A stretch of 64,000 nucleotides of DNA from Botryllus schlosseri (lineage: Eukaryota), in assembly GCA_051294905.1 (NCBI GenBank), contig CM119386.1:9920001-9984000 (forward strand). The letters run 5' to 3'. This document shows, piece by piece, positions 62,700-64,000 of the stretch (position 1 is its first letter; every line of letters begins with the position of its first letter). The translations under genes and the position numbers were made by a program. The notes below the pieces were generated by a model. That model saw only the letters and a program-made list of their open reading frames with translations. It was not told where the DNA came from and searched no databases.

Positions 62700-63280
62700 G
62701 CTCATGGAACTGGAACCCCCAAAATCAACCACAATTTTTGCATCGTGATCGAGTTGAACATTGTGACGCAACAAACTGTCTGGCTATTTCTGAGCTGCAT
62801 AGTCTCGTTTTGCCAGACAGTCTTGTTGCGTCAATGTTTTTAAACAAGCTAACCTTCCCAGGACTCTTCCATGCGAGTTGGTAATATTAAAGCCACCAAG
62901 TGACAAAAGTCCTCCGAAATTATATCAGTGGACTGAAGGAGAAATGATAATCGGGCTACTAAATAGAATGTGTTGAGAGACAACACAGGAAACTCCTGGA
63001 AAAGGATCGGGAAGAAAATTCTTTCCGCGATGAGATCGATGGCACTGGTGAAGTGATCTCTTTTCATGATGCATGGAAGCCGGTTCGGCCCTCCAAAGAT
63101 TTTGAAGCTCTGAAAAACTTTTGTGGATGACTGGCAACATTCTTTCCCTCAACGGCTACTGTTGAAGCCGATATTTCCCAGATTCGCTGGGCGAGAAGAG
63201 AATTTAGGAGAAACTTGACTGACCTAAGTTTGGAAGCACTGTTACAGTGCAAACGATTTAAGTCTATTCAACAGCTGTAA
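62700..63280 (+). pseudogene. hAT-like transposase C-terminal remnant
   Basis: LPRTLPCELVILKP...DFEALKNFCG*LATFFPSTATVEADISQIRWARREFRRNLTDLSLEALLQCKRF with stops and frameshifts; resembles a hAT dimerisation region. Confidence 0.55.
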
Positions 63281-64000
63281 CAATCAGCTGTTGAGCGTGT
63301 TTGTTAGGCTTTTCCAGGGTTGTAACCAAGTCACATGGTTCCGAGTCACGAGTCAATCATACTTTTGTGGTTTTGACTCGAGTCGAGTCGAGTCATTTTA
63401 AATTCATCACAGACTCGAGTCCGAGTCCAAGTCACCGTTTAAAGGGTCAAGTCCGAGTCATGGTGTTATGACTCGAGTCGAGTCCAAGTCACAGTATTGA
63501 AGTCATGTTCAACTCATGTTTTCAATCCTGCTTGGGTGATATCGAATTCCCTGTTTGCGAAACATGCTCATTTTGTCCCTATCAGAGTCTTGGCACGTGT
63601 TTATTTAGGCAGATAACGGACAGGTCCTGGCCTCATTTACCGATGCTAAAGATAACTTTACTAATCTTAGAACTTAAAATCAAATATCTCTCTTGTCAGT
63701 CTGATACATCACCAATACAAGCATTCAGTTTTTATTATGAACACATCGACGATAGCTCACGAATAGCTGATAGAGAACCAACGAATTCACGTCTACATAC
63801 TATCTGATAGAGAACCAACAAATTCACGTCAAGATACTAGTTGATAGAGAATCAGTAGATGCATGTTTATGTAGAGGTATTTACAACAGGCCAGCATGCT
63901 GTAAAAGCGTGCATGCAACTATGTGCATTGTGCAGTGACAACAGAACAGATACCTTTTGATTATACTAAAGGTTTTCCCAATTGCATTACCGACTACATC

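Overview
Eukaryotic genomic DNA with GT-AG introns, several only 63-71 nt long. The gene content and intron style suggest an invertebrate deuterostome, possibly a tunicate (inference). There are two + strand spliced genes. (1) A complement factor B/C2-like gene, 5'-truncated by the window edge, with 17 exons between 412 and 23490 that I joined in frame by hand (~940 codons). Its domain order is CCP-WAP-like-CCP-CCP-CCP-vWA-serine protease. The protease has an intact His/Asp/Ser triad, an AGC-coded Ser and no histidine-loop cysteines. (2) A USP20/USP33 deubiquitinase with 22 coding exons (45578-58303, 855 aa, including a 19-nt microexon). The ~22 kb between the genes is a nested transposon pile. 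A BEL/Pao-like LTR element has apparently identical 550-bp LTRs and one 602-codon ORF. A 5'-truncated Gypsy pol is split by a 969-bp MITE and by a 9.7-kb Foldback-like element. That element in turn contains a hAT element holding a P/THAP9-like element. Introns carry many hAT-type MITEs with 8-bp TSDs, a tRNA-SINE and LINE 3' ends. Paired repeat copies show TA sites converted to TAGGCCTA or TAGCCTA, which may be excision footprints. No prokaryotic features or CRISPR arrays were seen. All coordinates were derived by eye and no database searches were run.
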